The notes: generated by a model not told the origin, from the letters alone. Numbered from the whole stretch's first letter, positions 25,145 to 37,053 are shown. The stretch: DNA of 58,599 nucleotides, filler included, from Asterionella formosa (GCA_002256025.1; 4 parts of 4 records of this genome joined end to end with filler, not necessarily neighbours in it); one strand, 5' to 3'. A program made the numbers and translations.

Positions 25145-25402
25145 ATGACTACCAGTAAATCAGCTCCATCGAATGCTCCGAAAGCCATAGTCACCAGTGT
25201 TCCTACCGATGGAGGGACCTTTGAGGACAAGAGTCCGGTAGGAAAAGGTATGATTTGGGATATGTTAATGTCGGCGTGTTTTTGCGGTAAAAAGCATTTA
25301 GAGGACCACGAGGCTTTGGCCTCTCCAGCAGCTTCTATGCTGCGATCCCCTATCGTTCCTGCGTATTACGTCAAGTTGAAACAAAAGGAACAGCAGCTTT
25401 GA
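25145..25402 (+). CDS. Small protein, 85 aa, unknown function
   Basis: cacacgccATG context; TATA-like ATAAATATATA ~35 nt upstream; shares WDxxxSxC with the next sORF. Confidence 0.5.
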   Translation: MTTSKSAPSNAPKAIVTSVPTDGGTFEDKSPVGKGMIWDMLMSACFCGKKHLEDHEALASPAASMLRSPIVPAYYVKLKQKEQQL

Positions 25403-25718
25403 AACATCGTTTGATGGACAAGACCAAAAACGGCTTCTTGGGAATCTTCTTGTTGAGATACGTGTGTGCCCCTTGTTTTCAACTACAAATTCAGGGGTTT
25501 TGCGGTTTCCTACATTCAGTCCCAGTCACTCCGTCGGTGTGGGCCTGATAACCTGTCGAGTGTCTTAGTAGAAATCAACAACGCACACCATACCGTGTGC
25601 TGTCACGAATTTGGATGGAGATACATGCCCATTTGCAGTTCACAATATCGGCTGTCTCATTTTAACGAGTCAAAAAAACCACAAACGCACACAAACAAGA
25701 AAATCACAGCAACCCAAA

Positions 25719-25943
25719 ATGCCCTCTGTTGATCCAAAGGCGACACTTGGATCGGCTTTGGCGGGCTTGGATTCCATCATAACAGGGTTAATACCCAAAT
25801 CAACTCGAGATCCACGGGATACTAGCATTTTTTGGGACATTGTGCTATCCACTTGCTCCTATTCCTCAGGAAAGGTCCCTTCCGATGATGACAGTCAAAT
25901 TTCGTGGGAAAGTTACACTTCGTTGGGTGGTCATTCCAAGTAA
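25719..25943 (+). CDS. Small protein, 74 aa, unknown function
   Basis: Long A/C-rich leader ending cccaaaATG; motif IFWDIVLSTC. Confidence 0.5.
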   Translation: MPSVDPKATLGSALAGLDSIITGLIPKSTRDPRDTSIFWDIVLSTCSYSSGKVPSDDDSQISWESYTSLGGHSK

Positions 25944-26225
25944 CTTGCTTCGAGTCGCATTGTGCAAGCAATCTCGAAAAGGTCATGCACTTTCTCATGT
26001 TCCAGAAAATTGACGACGCGATGGCTTTTCATTGCAAGTGTCGTATATGATAAGGACCTTATAACAATGTGACTTGCACTACATAAAGACAACGTTAATC
26101 CAAGTTTTTCCACTTTTTACTATTTATACTAATACACCGTACCACTGGATATGGAACTGTTCAATAGTGAATGGCATTTGAGTGATGTATCATGTCTTCC
26201 TGTTAAAACACTTCCCTTTCATTAC

Positions 26226-28490
26226 TCATATAATCTCACGACCCCAAGAGCCACGTGGAGCATCATTAATATTCACATCCATTAGGTCGTCCTCCAAAAT
26301 TGAACGCGCTTCCAGTGAACCACGAGACGAAAACATTTCTCGCCCCAGCTGTTTTCTACGAGAATTTGATGGACTCGGCGGTAAAACACAAGGGGACAAA
26401 TCACCCCATGCACTGTTGTAGGCATCCATCAGTCCATCATAATTCGAGGCTTCACGTTTCAAACCACCACCACCGCCGCCCTCACCCAAATAGGGTGTAT
26501 CGTCATCGTCCATGCTAAATAAAGCTTGCTCAACAATTGGATCATAGGTCAATGGTGACATGTCATGGGAGAAATCAACTGCTTCCAACGAGGAACCACT
26601 CCTATAATACCGTGGGCCGCCGTCATCCTTAACATAAACTCCATGATACCCCCCAGTTGCCGAATGCTTCAAATCAACTTCCACATTATCAAAACCTCGC
26701 AAGTATTCCAAAATCTGTCCCGAATCTGGATACGATTCTCGTTTCCTTTTACGTTGCCACACAAAGCAAGCCATTGCAAAAAGACAGACAGAAATCACTA
26801 CAGTAGCGGCTATTACGCCCGAGTTGTCCTTTCCTTGGGACGATGATTCTGGTGCTGCAACTGCATTTGCGGGTGTGGTCGCAGATGAAGCAGAGGGTGA
26901 ATTTGTGGCAAAGTCACTGTAATCAATGGGCGGATGTGGTGCAGCAGTTCCTCGAGCAACAGCAAAAACGATTACATCCGTATTAGTTCCCCCATCACGC
27001 TGACGGAAGTAACTTCCATCAGTAGTTCCAAAAACCAGCAAATTTCCATCTCTATCTGTTGCAAGATCACTCACGTAGTCATCTCCACGCGTTCCAAGTT
27101 GTTCTGTCCATACCAACTTTCCCGTACTTGTAATATATTGCGCCACAACAATGTCATCGCGGCCTTGCGAGCTATGAGCATCAATAGTAGCGCCATCCTT
27201 GGCAACACCCCCAAAATAAACGTGCAAGCCATCGGATGTGACAGCACACGAAAGTCCTTCTATATTGGCTGCTTCAAGACCGATTTGTGCGTTCAACGGT
27301 TGGTTCCAAATAATATCGAATGTGAAAGGATTAACCTTGAGGAGAAAGGCTTCCGAGACTTCTTCAATATTTTCACGAGTGGAAAAGGATCCCTTGGTCG
27401 TTCCAACCACATAAATAAAATCTTCTCCTGGATTCATGCATATTCCATGAATATAATCATCTCTACCCACCTGTGGAGATTGAATTCTCATGCCAACCGA
27501 AATTTCCCCTGAAATGGCATTAATCAATGTAATGAACCCATCATGATCTGTTCCTGTTATACCATTATCTGGGATAGCAACAGTATTGTGCCCTACTGCA
27601 GATCCGGCCAATACCAACGTTTCTGATCCCAATAGCAGCATTCCCGCAATATTGTCGATCCCACCAGAGGTTGCAATTTCAATGACATGTTCATTGGTCA
27701 ATGTGATTTGAGGAGTACCAGAAGCAGTCGTTGCCGATTTGGGCGCAAGCAGCATAATAGATACCCCAAAGTTGGATCCACGCTTCTGAACTCCACCAGT
27801 TGAAAAATTTGGGTCTTGACTGGTCGCATCAAAGTCACTTCTAACAGTGGTTTCGTCAGATTCGAGTGATGCAACGTAGAGTATATCCCCCAATTGCGAA
27901 ATGGCCATGGCAACGGCCGACTGTGCCCCGCGCGTATTTTGTATCAATTTGCCTCCGAGAAATTGCGTTGCTGTTCCTGTTGTTTGCTGTTGCTTTAAAT
28001 CTATATTGACATCCAACACAAGTCCGTATTGAACAGACTGAACACTCCCAGTAGCCAACAAATTGTTCAAAAGCCCCCCTGGTTCTGTCCAGCCCCCCAA
28101 ATAGGCCTTGGTGCCCAAGATTGCCATGGACGAACATGATTCCACCACCTGAGAACTGGTATCCTCCAAGGTTCGTTTGTACAACCACGTTGGCTTGACT
28201 TCGATCTTGGCGTCCGCAGTCGTCGCAGGCAGTTGAAGGATGCCAAAGTAACAAGTGGAGTTTTGCTTGCTAAGCAAAACTTGATCTTCGTTCCAAAAGT
28301 ATCCATACGTCGTTCCGGTCAAGTAGACAACATGATGGTCGGGATCATAACTGAATGACCCTGCATAGGAGGAGGTTGAATCGGACGTTTGCAAGCCGTA
28401 GAGAATGGATGTGACCGGAGTCATCATGAAGACGTTCATGATTGACACTAGCAACATGCTACGGCAGCATCGAGCGAGACTTTGTGCCAT
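26226..28490 (-). CDS. Type I membrane protein with extracellular beta-propeller (SBBP-like) repeats
   Basis: Signal peptide; repeats such as IYVVGTTKGS, VYFGG, WTEQLGTRGDD, DRDGNLLVFGTTDGS; Ser/Thr/Ala stalk; TM helix followed by QRKRKR; cytosolic tail. Confidence 0.85.
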   Translation of the reverse strand: MAQSLARCCRSMLLVSIMNVFMMTPVTSILYGLQTSDSTSSYAGSFSYDPDHHVVYLTGTTYGYFWNEDQVLLSKQNSTCYFGILQLPATTADAKIEVKPTWLYKRTLEDTSSQVVESCSSMAILGTKAYLGGWTEPGGLLNNLLATGSVQSVQYGLVLDVNIDLKQQQTTGTATQFLGGKLIQNTRGAQSAVAMAISQLGDILYVASLESDETTVRSDFDATSQDPNFSTGGVQKRGSNFGVSIMLLAPKSATTASGTPQITLTNEHVIEIATSGGIDNIAGMLLLGSETLVLAGSAVGHNTVAIPDNGITGTDHDGFITLINAISGEISVGMRIQSPQVGRDDYIHGICMNPGEDFIYVVGTTKGSFSTRENIEEVSEAFLLKVNPFTFDIIWNQPLNAQIGLEAANIEGLSCAVTSDGLHVYFGGVAKDGATIDAHSSQGRDDIVVAQYITSTGKLVWTEQLGTRGDDYVSDLATDRDGNLLVFGTTDGSYFRQRDGGTNTDVIVFAVARGTAAPHPPIDYSDFATNSPSASSATTPANAVAAPESSSQGKDNSGVIAATVVISVCLFAMACFVWQRKRKRESYPDSGQILEYLRGFDNVEVDLKHSATGGYHGVYVKDDGGPRYYRSGSSLEAVDFSHDMSPLTYDPIVEQALFSMDDDDTPYLGEGGGGGGLKREASNYDGLMDAYNSAWGDLSPCVLPPSPSNSRRKQLGREMFSSRGSLEARSILEDDLMDVNINDAPRGSWGREII

Positions 28491-31036
28491 CGTGAGGATG
28501 ATTCGATTGGAGTTGAGTCCAACTGAATTCAATTGAATTGAACTGTCGTGGAACTGTGTCAACACCGACAAAACAAGAACACTGAAAACTAAAATGGTTT
28601 GCCATTCTTCACAGAATCATTTGTCCCCGGTACTCTCCTCCCATCCACCACCGTCTACCGATACTGTACCAGGTACCAGGGTACCTCGCTGGTCGGTACA
28701 TATGTACGTACTGGTACGACAGTATCAGGAAAAGCAATGTCGGTTTATTAGCAAATATCATACCAGTGCTGGTGTACATGCGTTGTTGTGGATGCCAGCA
28801 ACGCACACTGATAAAACAAGGAAGAGAGCCCTATTTCGTATGTATGTATGTACAGGTATAACAGATTTATTCCATTCTTGGTGGTAACTGGTATACCCGT
28901 ACTGTGGTACCAGTAGTGTGTATGATGTACACTGAATTGTTTGGTACGAAAGGGATGATCGCAGGTGGAAAAGCAATAATGCCTTTTTCGTTTTGTCATA
29001 CGAGTTACTACTATACAAAATCCTACATACCGGTGCTGTAGGTAAATAGAGTTGTATTCCACATGCCCGGAGTTAGAAATCAACTCGGTGAGTAGTGTAA
29101 GTACGGAGTACAATTTACGATTTTACTATTCTGTTGACAATCTTGTGTGTTTTCTAAAAGAGTGAGCTTAAACTAAATGTAATTTTGAAATGTAGTTTCG
29201 ATTGAAACATGGCAACTCCTACATGTTTCTGAAATGAATTTGTTCTTTGTTCCTTGGAGGCGAGGTTCNNNNNNNNNNNNNNNNNNNNNNNNNNNNNNNN
29301 NNNNNNNNNNNNTTAATTAATTAANNNNNNNNNNNNNNNNNNNNNNNNNNNNNNNNNNNNNNNNNNNNTATCAGTGACTGGTGAATCGTCACTCCTTCCT
29401 TGAATGGGCGGATAAAAAGGCGGCACCTTCTTGTTACCAGGAGAGGACAGTTCTGACAAAATATCATCATTGTCAGAATCTGAATCTTGATTATGATCTC
29501 GCTGCTTTGTTGAAGCAGTTGTATTTGTTACAAACTCTTTGTACTCATGAGACAATTTCGTTGCAGGAGTAACCAAACGCCTGCTATGTTTGACATGAAT
29601 AGGAAGGCTTTTTTCCGAGTCTTTTCATCCTGATTACTGTTGCGGTACTTCTTCTGAGACAAGTTATCAACAAGTCTAGAATTATTGCTTCTTTTTATTC
29701 CTTTACCGGACATGACGATAACGATGTACAGGAGTCAAGGTAAACGGGGCGCTGATGCTTTAAAATCAAAGAATGAAACAATAATATAAGAGAAAAGTCT
29801 GATGTTATTTTTGGCGCGCCAAGATTAAAAAGGGAGTTGGTCTCTTAGATCATACAGAAATCTTAATTTATCATTCACTACCTATGTTAGCTATAATCTG
29901 AGAACTTCGGCCTTATATCGTAATAATGCACTTAAAGTGTTCTCAATCATGTTCAAATACCTACCAGTAGTATTGATCAATACCGTAGCCAAACTTGAAC
30001 GTTAGAACAGTACCGACAGGAGCATAGACGAAATATACGGTACCCGGGTAGTTCCCGCTTGGATAACGGTGACGTACCAGGTCCTGTTGCTGTACTCTGA
30101 GTGTCATGTAAGTTCCAGTATTCCTCCCCATCATGTAAGTACCAGTAAAATTTGAAGGTATGTACATGTACCTATGATGCATGGTGTCCACTGTCCACTA
30201 TATAGGATATGATAACTGGGAGTATACCGGGTATTGGAATTCCTGTGAAGTCTTGTATATTTTATCTAATCATACATACTGGTAGGGTATTGAATGTTCC
30301 TTCGAAAAAGTTACTAGACATACAGAGATGTGGTATGTTATACACACTTTTTGAAGAAGAGGAAATGTTGAGATATTGTTAAAATATTCATACCGGTAAT
30401 GCGTTGTATTCCACATAACAAACTGATGAGGGAATGGTGATCGTGAGCCTTCTACCGGTATCAAACCAACCGGTGGGAAGAGGTAAGTTATATGATTGTT
30501 TTGCTTCTCAACTGTAGCTACCAAGGGGCTTATGATTGGTACCGTGTGAGACCGGAAGCAAACTATAAATTTGTATCGCTGTTCATATGCGCTGCTGCCA
30601 CTCAAAGTTTCTACACTTCCTCAGGACGAACGATAAAAATCAACATAATTACGAGGTAAGAAACCGCACTTAATATCTTTGTGCACAATGCTTCAGAGGC
30701 TTTGTAGTGTGTGTGTCCATTAATTAGGATTTCGACATTAATAAAATCTTTCCCTTGTTCCACATATGCAGATGTGAGGGTTAACAACGCTACCTGTAAC
30801 CCATCAATCAACAGTGAGAGCATAGGTAAGTTACTATACTCTCATTTGAAGCTTGTTATGTCAATTGGAACGTGAAGCTACTATATAGATTGTTTATGTC
30901 ACCAGTTTGTGGCACATGTGTGGCTGGAGATACTTTAATCGTTGCAACACTTTTGCTAACATTGATATTATCTCCTCAAAATCATACAGGAACCTTGGAG
31001 AATGTGGCTTGCTACCATTCTTAATGGAAGCAACAA

Positions 31037-31402
31037 TCAACCATGAGAGCAGATGCGAGGCATTTCGACCATGATATCCCCATATGCTTTGCTGCCTTCA
31101 AACAAGTTGGGTGTGGCTGTTGCCCCAAGTCCGGTCAATGCCACATGGAGTGCATCGGTTGTTTCCCAGTTGGTCCCAGTGAGCGAGGATGTGTAATTAT
31201 GGCAAAACGACACTTGATGATAAGCTTCGTTGACCAAGGCAAAGAGATTAAATGCTGTGCTGTGACAAATCAATCTCTGTCTGTCTTCTCCTGTGGATGC
31301 CTGGTTGATTTTTTCGGCAAAGCCATGGAATTCGGTAATTGTCTTTGACTGTAGGGTGATCTTGTTCTGAAAGAACTGCTTCCAAACTTGGGTTAGCATC
31401 AT
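31037..31402 (-). pseudogene. Degenerate ORF fragment, probably transposon-derived
   Basis: 121-aa ORF within CpG-poor DNA with no intact continuation. Family not confidently recognised. Confidence 0.25.
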
Positions 31403-31967
31403 GTTTAATTTATAGATTTGAATTTTATCTATTGACTATAAATTTTGCATGGCTTGGATTCAACTATGTTGCTTTGCTGAAAGCTGATTTGAAGAATTGT
31501 GAGCTTTCTGCCTTGAGACCCTTACATGGTTGTTCGTTGGCTGATTGACTCTTCCATGATCTTCTCTTGCGTGGTTTACTGTCATTCACTAGCCATCGAA
31601 CCTCATCTTCAGTTTTTGGCTAGACAGAATTAGCTCCCGTGGTCGCTAACTTGGCCTCTACCTCAAATTTCGCTTGCTCCTAGTTTGTTTGTCGTTCCCT
31701 TGGTTTCAATACGCGCTTTGTGCACATCCCCCTGTTTCCCTCGTCTAAAATACTAATAATTACATACCGGTAATATATGTTCGATGCATACACCAGTAGG
31801 AATATACCGTTTATACCGTAGGTACCTGGTTGATTCCTTCCCATATTGCGACAAATAACAACGGAGCAACGGCAAACAGAGAACTGAACATCGTGATGGA
31901 ACCTGTAGTTCCCAGTTACGGCTAATAGTCATATTGTTAGGCTTCCACACTTTTGATAGACATAACC

Positions 31968-34418
31968 ATGCCCGCTATTCATTTATTTCGCCGAAAAACG
32001 CTCTTGGGAGGCGATGATCTTCACATTCCCTGCATTTTTGGAATGGTCATACGATTGATTCAATTGGTCGCCTTTCTGTTACCCGTGTGGCTTCACATTC
32101 AGCGTGAATCTGACGGGCATCTGTGGGAATACATCACTCGTGATCCCGCACCATCATCTGAGTGCCGGAAATCGCAGCTATTCGCCTTATTACTGTTCCT
32201 TTACGCATTCACGTCCACTTTGCTTGCCTTCCTGTCATTCGTGCTGGAAGCACGAACATACCAAGTCTCCTCATGGGGCACGCCCATTGAAACACGACCC
32301 AGATCAAAAAAGGTGGAACGCCTCTTGGAGCTCAAACTATTGCCGTGGACCGTGTGTCAAGCCCTTGTGGTCATTCTTGGAATCGCAGTTGTTTGTGTGG
32401 CCCACAACTACACTCTCTGTCGTACGACCTTTCAAATCAGTAGTGACGATGATGATGTATGGTCACAGATCACAGCTTGGATGCAAGAAGATGCGAACGA
32501 TGGAACCAAATCTCAGTCAAATTTGTGGTGGATACCTTACGTTTTGTTGATCTTGTCGCAATCAGTGGAGGTCGTTTTCAACGTGAGCATTTCCTTGCAA
32601 TTGTTTAGAAGCCCACCCCAATCCGCAACGGCCCACGCTTTGCACCACGAACTTGTTGAGGAAATGTGGCAAGAGCGATGTATGAGCTTTTGTGAGTGTT
32701 TAGGATGGAGTACATGCTTTATGTTTGGTGGCCGGCAGGTACGACTTGGAGAATTTGGAGACGTTGCTAGGGCTCTCGCAGATTACCTTGAGTCTGGTGG
32801 CGTTCTCGACTTGGTGCCGAGCGATGTGGCAGCGGGATTGATGGTTTTACAAAGAATTCAGCGTAAAAGACGACTGGAAGCAAGGGAAGAAGTGGTGGGG
32901 GAATTGCGCATGGCTGACAGTTTTGTAGGCTCTTGTACCCGCCTTTTGGAACCTTCTGGACCATCACTGAGGCAGCGAACGCCGTTTTACTTGATGCAAA
33001 TGGAAGGATCGCGTACATTCTACGAGACCTCATTTAGAAAGGTGCTGAGTCGACAAAATACCATGGATTTGAGTACAATTCAGGAGGGGGCACGGTTTGC
33101 TCGATATCAACTCGCCATTTATACATTCCTCATTTATGTCTACCAAAATCCAGCCTCAGGTTGTCCTCGTCTACTGAATAAAAGTAGAGGATGCCTTTGC
33201 TGCTGCTCGAAGATTCCGACTGATGATGAAGACCAGAGTTTTCTGGAGTGTCATGAAGGAAGAGTCATAGGAAACGACTTTTGTGGGGTGCATAAGGCTG
33301 CATTGTTATTGCAAGCCGGGATAGAAGATACTGACCTCGTTTACGCGCAGCTGCATTCGAGTTTTTCGGAGATTCCATACTGTATTCTAATCGATCACGA
33401 GTGGCAATCTGTTGTTTTAGCGATTCGAGGGACCTTCTCTCTGGAGGATTGTGTCACAGATGTCATGGTTGACCCAGAATCACTGGAAGAACTTGGCAAC
33501 GAATATCGGTTCAATGCGAAGGATCAGTACTGTCACGGAGGTGTTATGAATTGCGCTCGAATTGTGATGACTGATTTGAACCGGCATGGAATTTTGGAGC
33601 GATTGCTGCTAGGAGACGATGCAAAGTATCCAAGCTATACTTTACGTGTTGTTGGCCATTCGCTCGGAGCCGCAACGGCGACACTCATTTCGTACATGTT
33701 GCGACCAAAGTTTTCTTCGCTTCGATGCTTGAACTACAGTCCGCCCGGATGTTCGTTCACGTGGGGAATGGCAACAGAGTGTCAGGATTGGTGCTTAGCA
33801 TTTGTGCTTGATTCGGATTTAGTTCCTCGCCTGTCGCGAGACACAATGGAGCATTTGAGAGATGAGGTCCTTGATCTCTTTGGACGAATCAAAGTGCCAA
33901 AGATTGAATTGGCTCGAAAGATTTTTGGAAGTGCTAGTCGGTTGTCGTCTCGCAGTGCCCCTTTAAATGAGCAACAAGATGTCTTGCAGCACACAATCGA
34001 AGAGATTTTATACAATACTCAGGAAGTCCCATTAGATTCCGATTATCAGCGACAACTGCACACCTTTCGATCAGTTCAAAGCGAACGCAGGAGCATTCGA
34101 GGTCGCCTTCGATCAGTGAAGCTTTTTCCACCTGGGAGGATGGTTCATTTCATGAAGACTAGTCAAAGGAAGACTTGTGGGAGTACATGTTTGAAATGTC
34201 TCACTTGCTGTACAACAAATGTCGGCTCTCAATACACTCCTGTGTGGGTGAAGAATGATGACTTCAACGAAATAGTTATCGGATCAACGATGGGAACAGA
34301 TCATTTTCCAAACCGAATTTGCACCACCATGGAGCAGATTGCTACAGACTATGGCGTTGATAGAATTTTGCCGTCGTATCTGAATCCCCTCAACGTAGTT
34401 GGAGGAGAGGAGCCATAA
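31968..34418 (+). CDS. DAGL: sn1-specific diacylglycerol lipase (class 3 lipase, four N-terminal TM helices)
   Basis: MPAIHLFRR start, DLVPSDVAAGL, PYCILIDH, AIRGTFSLEDCVTD, GHSLG nucleophile, DLVPRLS, LFPPGRMVH, DHFP. Confidence 0.92.
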   Translation: MPAIHLFRRKTLLGGDDLHIPCIFGMVIRLIQLVAFLLPVWLHIQRESDGHLWEYITRDPAPSSECRKSQLFALLLFLYAFTSTLLAFLSFVLEARTYQVSSWGTPIETRPRSKKVERLLELKLLPWTVCQALVVILGIAVVCVAHNYTLCRTTFQISSDDDDVWSQITAWMQEDANDGTKSQSNLWWIPYVLLILSQSVEVVFNVSISLQLFRSPPQSATAHALHHELVEEMWQERCMSFCECLGWSTCFMFGGRQVRLGEFGDVARALADYLESGGVLDLVPSDVAAGLMVLQRIQRKRRLEAREEVVGELRMADSFVGSCTRLLEPSGPSLRQRTPFYLMQMEGSRTFYETSFRKVLSRQNTMDLSTIQEGARFARYQLAIYTFLIYVYQNPASGCPRLLNKSRGCLCCCSKIPTDDEDQSFLECHEGRVIGNDFCGVHKAALLLQAGIEDTDLVYAQLHSSFSEIPYCILIDHEWQSVVLAIRGTFSLEDCVTDVMVDPESLEELGNEYRFNAKDQYCHGGVMNCARIVMTDLNRHGILERLLLGDDAKYPSYTLRVVGHSLGAATATLISYMLRPKFSSLRCLNYSPPGCSFTWGMATECQDWCLAFVLDSDLVPRLSRDTMEHLRDEVLDLFGRIKVPKIELARKIFGSASRLSSRSAPLNEQQDVLQHTIEEILYNTQEVPLDSDYQRQLHTFRSVQSERRSIRGRLRSVKLFPPGRMVHFMKTSQRKTCGSTCLKCLTCCTTNVGSQYTPVWVKNDDFNEIVIGSTMGTDHFPNRICTTMEQIATDYGVDRILPSYLNPLNVVGGEEP

Positions 34419-35068
34419 GTGCTCCATAGTTACAGCCTGCCGTTCTGTGAATTTTGAGTTAATGGTTGAAGAATATCTTTATGTCACTCCTCCCGAAGTG
34501 TCTAGAACATGGTTCTGAAAGGATCGTCTGGATTTCTCAAATGTGGTAAGCATGACCAAAGCGATCCTTGTGTACAGTAATTGGTCCAGCTTTTCTGCGA
34601 ATTTCAATGTCAATTTTTGTTGAAATCTACTACTCACGACGATTTCGTTTATGTTGTACGAGATGCTCAGTGGAGAATTCCAACCGAAGAAGTGAAACCA
34701 CCATGTAGTTAGTACTGTTACTCTACATTCGGTTAGCTTTTTCTTTTTCAAGTCGAGGGAAAGCTAGGCAGAATGCAGACTTTTTTGAATTTGTCTGTTC
34801 CTCCATCTCTCCTAGAATATGAAGTAAGAACCCCAAGTACCTGGTAGCTTTGTTGGCAATGTCGCAACTTTTTTTCTTCCCAGACAGCAATAATGACAAA
34901 CCAAAACATTCCTGTAACAGACTACCCTAAGAAAATTCAAATCGAATAGTAAAGTCGTGTTCCAATTATTGTTAAATAGACTCAGTTCCGGCCTCGCCTT
35001 AGGCAGCTGGTGCAGCCAAACGCAGTAGGAATGCACTAGGCTTAAAGCGGGCGTCATCAAGTTCCACT

Positions 35069-35686
35069 CTAACGGTAACGCTTGAGACGCATAACATTTT
35101 GACGCATCCAGGCAGCACGAGAGGAACCTCCGATGATACCATTGGCACGGTGACCCTTCTTGCGTAGACCACGTGCCTTGCGTCCAGCGCTGGTGAGTCC
35201 ACGACACTCGCGGTGTTTGTGAACCGGGTTAACGATCCAGTTGATTCTTGGGTCGTTGCGGATCTTCGCGTGAGCAGGATCAACGAGAATGACTTCGTAG
35301 TATTTCATGGTCGCATCTTGGTTAATCCAGTAGGAGTTCAAGACCCGCAAGTTGGCGTAAACTCGTCCAACCTTTTCTTCAGCAACGCTCTGAAGATTGC
35401 GCTCAAACTTGAGCTGGTTGATACCCTGATGCTTGGGCTTACCCCACACCATACCACGGTGGTTCTGACGCTTGCGTCCTCCACGACGGACTCCGATGCG
35501 AACGACAACATATCCCTGCTTCGCCTTGTATCCGAGACGATGCGCCTTTTCAGTTCTGGTAGGTCTGTTGCATCGAGTCATCTTGGGGCGTTGACGGTAC
35601 TCCCAGGCACGGACGCGCATCAAGAATCGGAGAGCATCCGACTGCTTGTGGCGCCACAACTCGGCCATGTACTTGTAAGCCGGCAT
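35069..35686 (-). CDS. RPL15: 60S ribosomal protein L15 (eL15); probable 5'UTR intron 35700-35942
   Basis: [42 protein letters not shown]. Confidence 0.98.
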   Translation of the reverse strand: MPAYKYMAELWRHKQSDALRFLMRVRAWEYRQRPKMTRCNRPTRTEKAHRLGYKAKQGYVVVRIGVRRGGRKRQNHRGMVWGKPKHQGINQLKFERNLQSVAEEKVGRVYANLRVLNSYWINQDATMKYYEVILVDPAHAKIRNDPRINWIVNPVHKHRECRGLTSAGRKARGLRKKGHRANGIIGGSSRAAWMRQNVMRLKRYR

Positions 35687-35805
35687 GTTGAGGTAGCTTC
35701 TGTAAGGTGGACAGTAAATGAACGCAGCAACGAAAATGTTAGGAAATTGGGTTGTTTTGATTTGGTATTTGCTCCACTTTAACTGTTCAAAATTGCCAAG
35801 CGCAT

Positions 35806-35875
35806 TCAGTCAGAGTTGTTATAGTTAAGCGGGTAGGAATCACGGTTTGCATTGCTTCCTAACGAAATCACATTC
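35806..35875 (-). ncRNA. Candidate intronic box C/D snoRNA (18S guide)
   Basis: Degenerate C box GTGATTT (35871-35865) and D box CTGA (35813-35810). Guide TTAACTATAACAACT pairs with conserved 18S AGUUGUUGCAGUUAA (one G-U, one mismatch). Lies in a long ribosomal-protein 5'UTR intron. Confidence 0.45.
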
Positions 35876-36594
35876 CCGCCGTTCGATTGCCATTGTCTAC
35901 ACACCTTTACTAATTGGAAAAGTGGCGTAGTTGAGTTCTTACGGTGATGGAGGATCAGAAAAGCAGAGTGCGGATGGTTGACAGACGTACTATCCTCCTT
36001 TGCTTTCTCCTCGTCGCCCGAAGTAGTTTGCTACTACGCAAATGATCAAGCCTATGATATGACGAGCGACGTATCACACCATTGAGGAGTGATTGACTTA
36101 CCGAGTTACTTAGCTTTTTAGTACAGAGCGGACGTACCTGCTCTACGGGGGTTTGCCAGTCGCTTGCATTCTTCCAAAAGTCGTTGTCTAGGTGAGGCGA
36201 TGGTGGCGTCGGGAGGAATGACGATGGATTACTTGTTTGCTTCCCTAGATGAAGAATCTTAGTTGAATGTGGATGCACCTGAGTGAACCGATGTCAGAGG
36301 AGCAGCTTTAACATTGAAATTATTGTTTGTTTTCTATGATTCGAAAATGAGCGCCAGTCCCCATGTTTCTGGTCTAATGCTGCTGTGCTATTCTGTGGCG
36401 TTCATGGTTAGATTGACAAGGCGCAAGCTGATAGTGTCTATATTGCTGAAGCATGCACATCGTGCAGGGAGAAATATGACAAACAGAGTTTGCTTGTTTT
36501 CGATTCGCTTCTGCACATGCAGCTCACCATTTTGTTCCTCTGCCACACTTTTATTTCAACACAGCAGAACTTTTAAATACAAACTCACATTAAA

Positions 36595-37053
36595 ATGGTT
36601 GCTACTCCAGATTCGTTGGTATGGGAGCTTGTGAAAGAACACAATTCCTTTATCAGGACTTGCAATGGCCGAACCAAGCGTTCCGGCACTATCAAGTTCA
36701 GCGCTGAGAAGGGAAATATCAAGTCGCTTAGCCAATTCCAGTGCTCTGGGATTGCCAACTCAAAGGTTGCTGACATTTCGTCCACTGCTACCAATGGCGG
36801 CGAGCTCTTTACCAAGACTGCGTCTAAGGCCCACACTAAGCCAAAGGCTGGGAAGGTTATCACTCCCGTCAATAAGGATTTCAGAAGAGTTGAGGCAGTT
36901 ATCCAAAAGCAGGTCATTGACAACTACTACCGCCGTGATTTGAAGGGGGCCATTCTTGCCAAGTGGACCAAGGTGTACCAAGCGAACAGACGTGCCAAGG
37001 GAATCAAGAAGCCAGTGCCAGTCAAGAAGGGACGTACTAACAAGAAGAACTAA
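36595..37053 (+). CDS. RPL28: 60S ribosomal protein L28 (eL28); probable 5'UTR intron 36192-36564/36567
   Basis: SLVWELVKEHNSF, FSAEKGNI, SGIANSK, YYRRDLK are typical eL28 motifs. Confidence 0.93.
   Translation: MVATPDSLVWELVKEHNSFIRTCNGRTKRSGTIKFSAEKGNIKSLSQFQCSGIANSKVADISSTATNGGELFTKTASKAHTKPKAGKVITPVNKDFRRVEAVIQKQVIDNYYRRDLKGAILAKWTKVYQANRRAKGIKKPVPVKKGRTNKKN

Noticed and set aside
35213..35782. 189-aa antisense ORF over RPL15 and other shadow ORFs on long genes
   Set aside because: Explained by codon bias of the real genes; no independent motifs.
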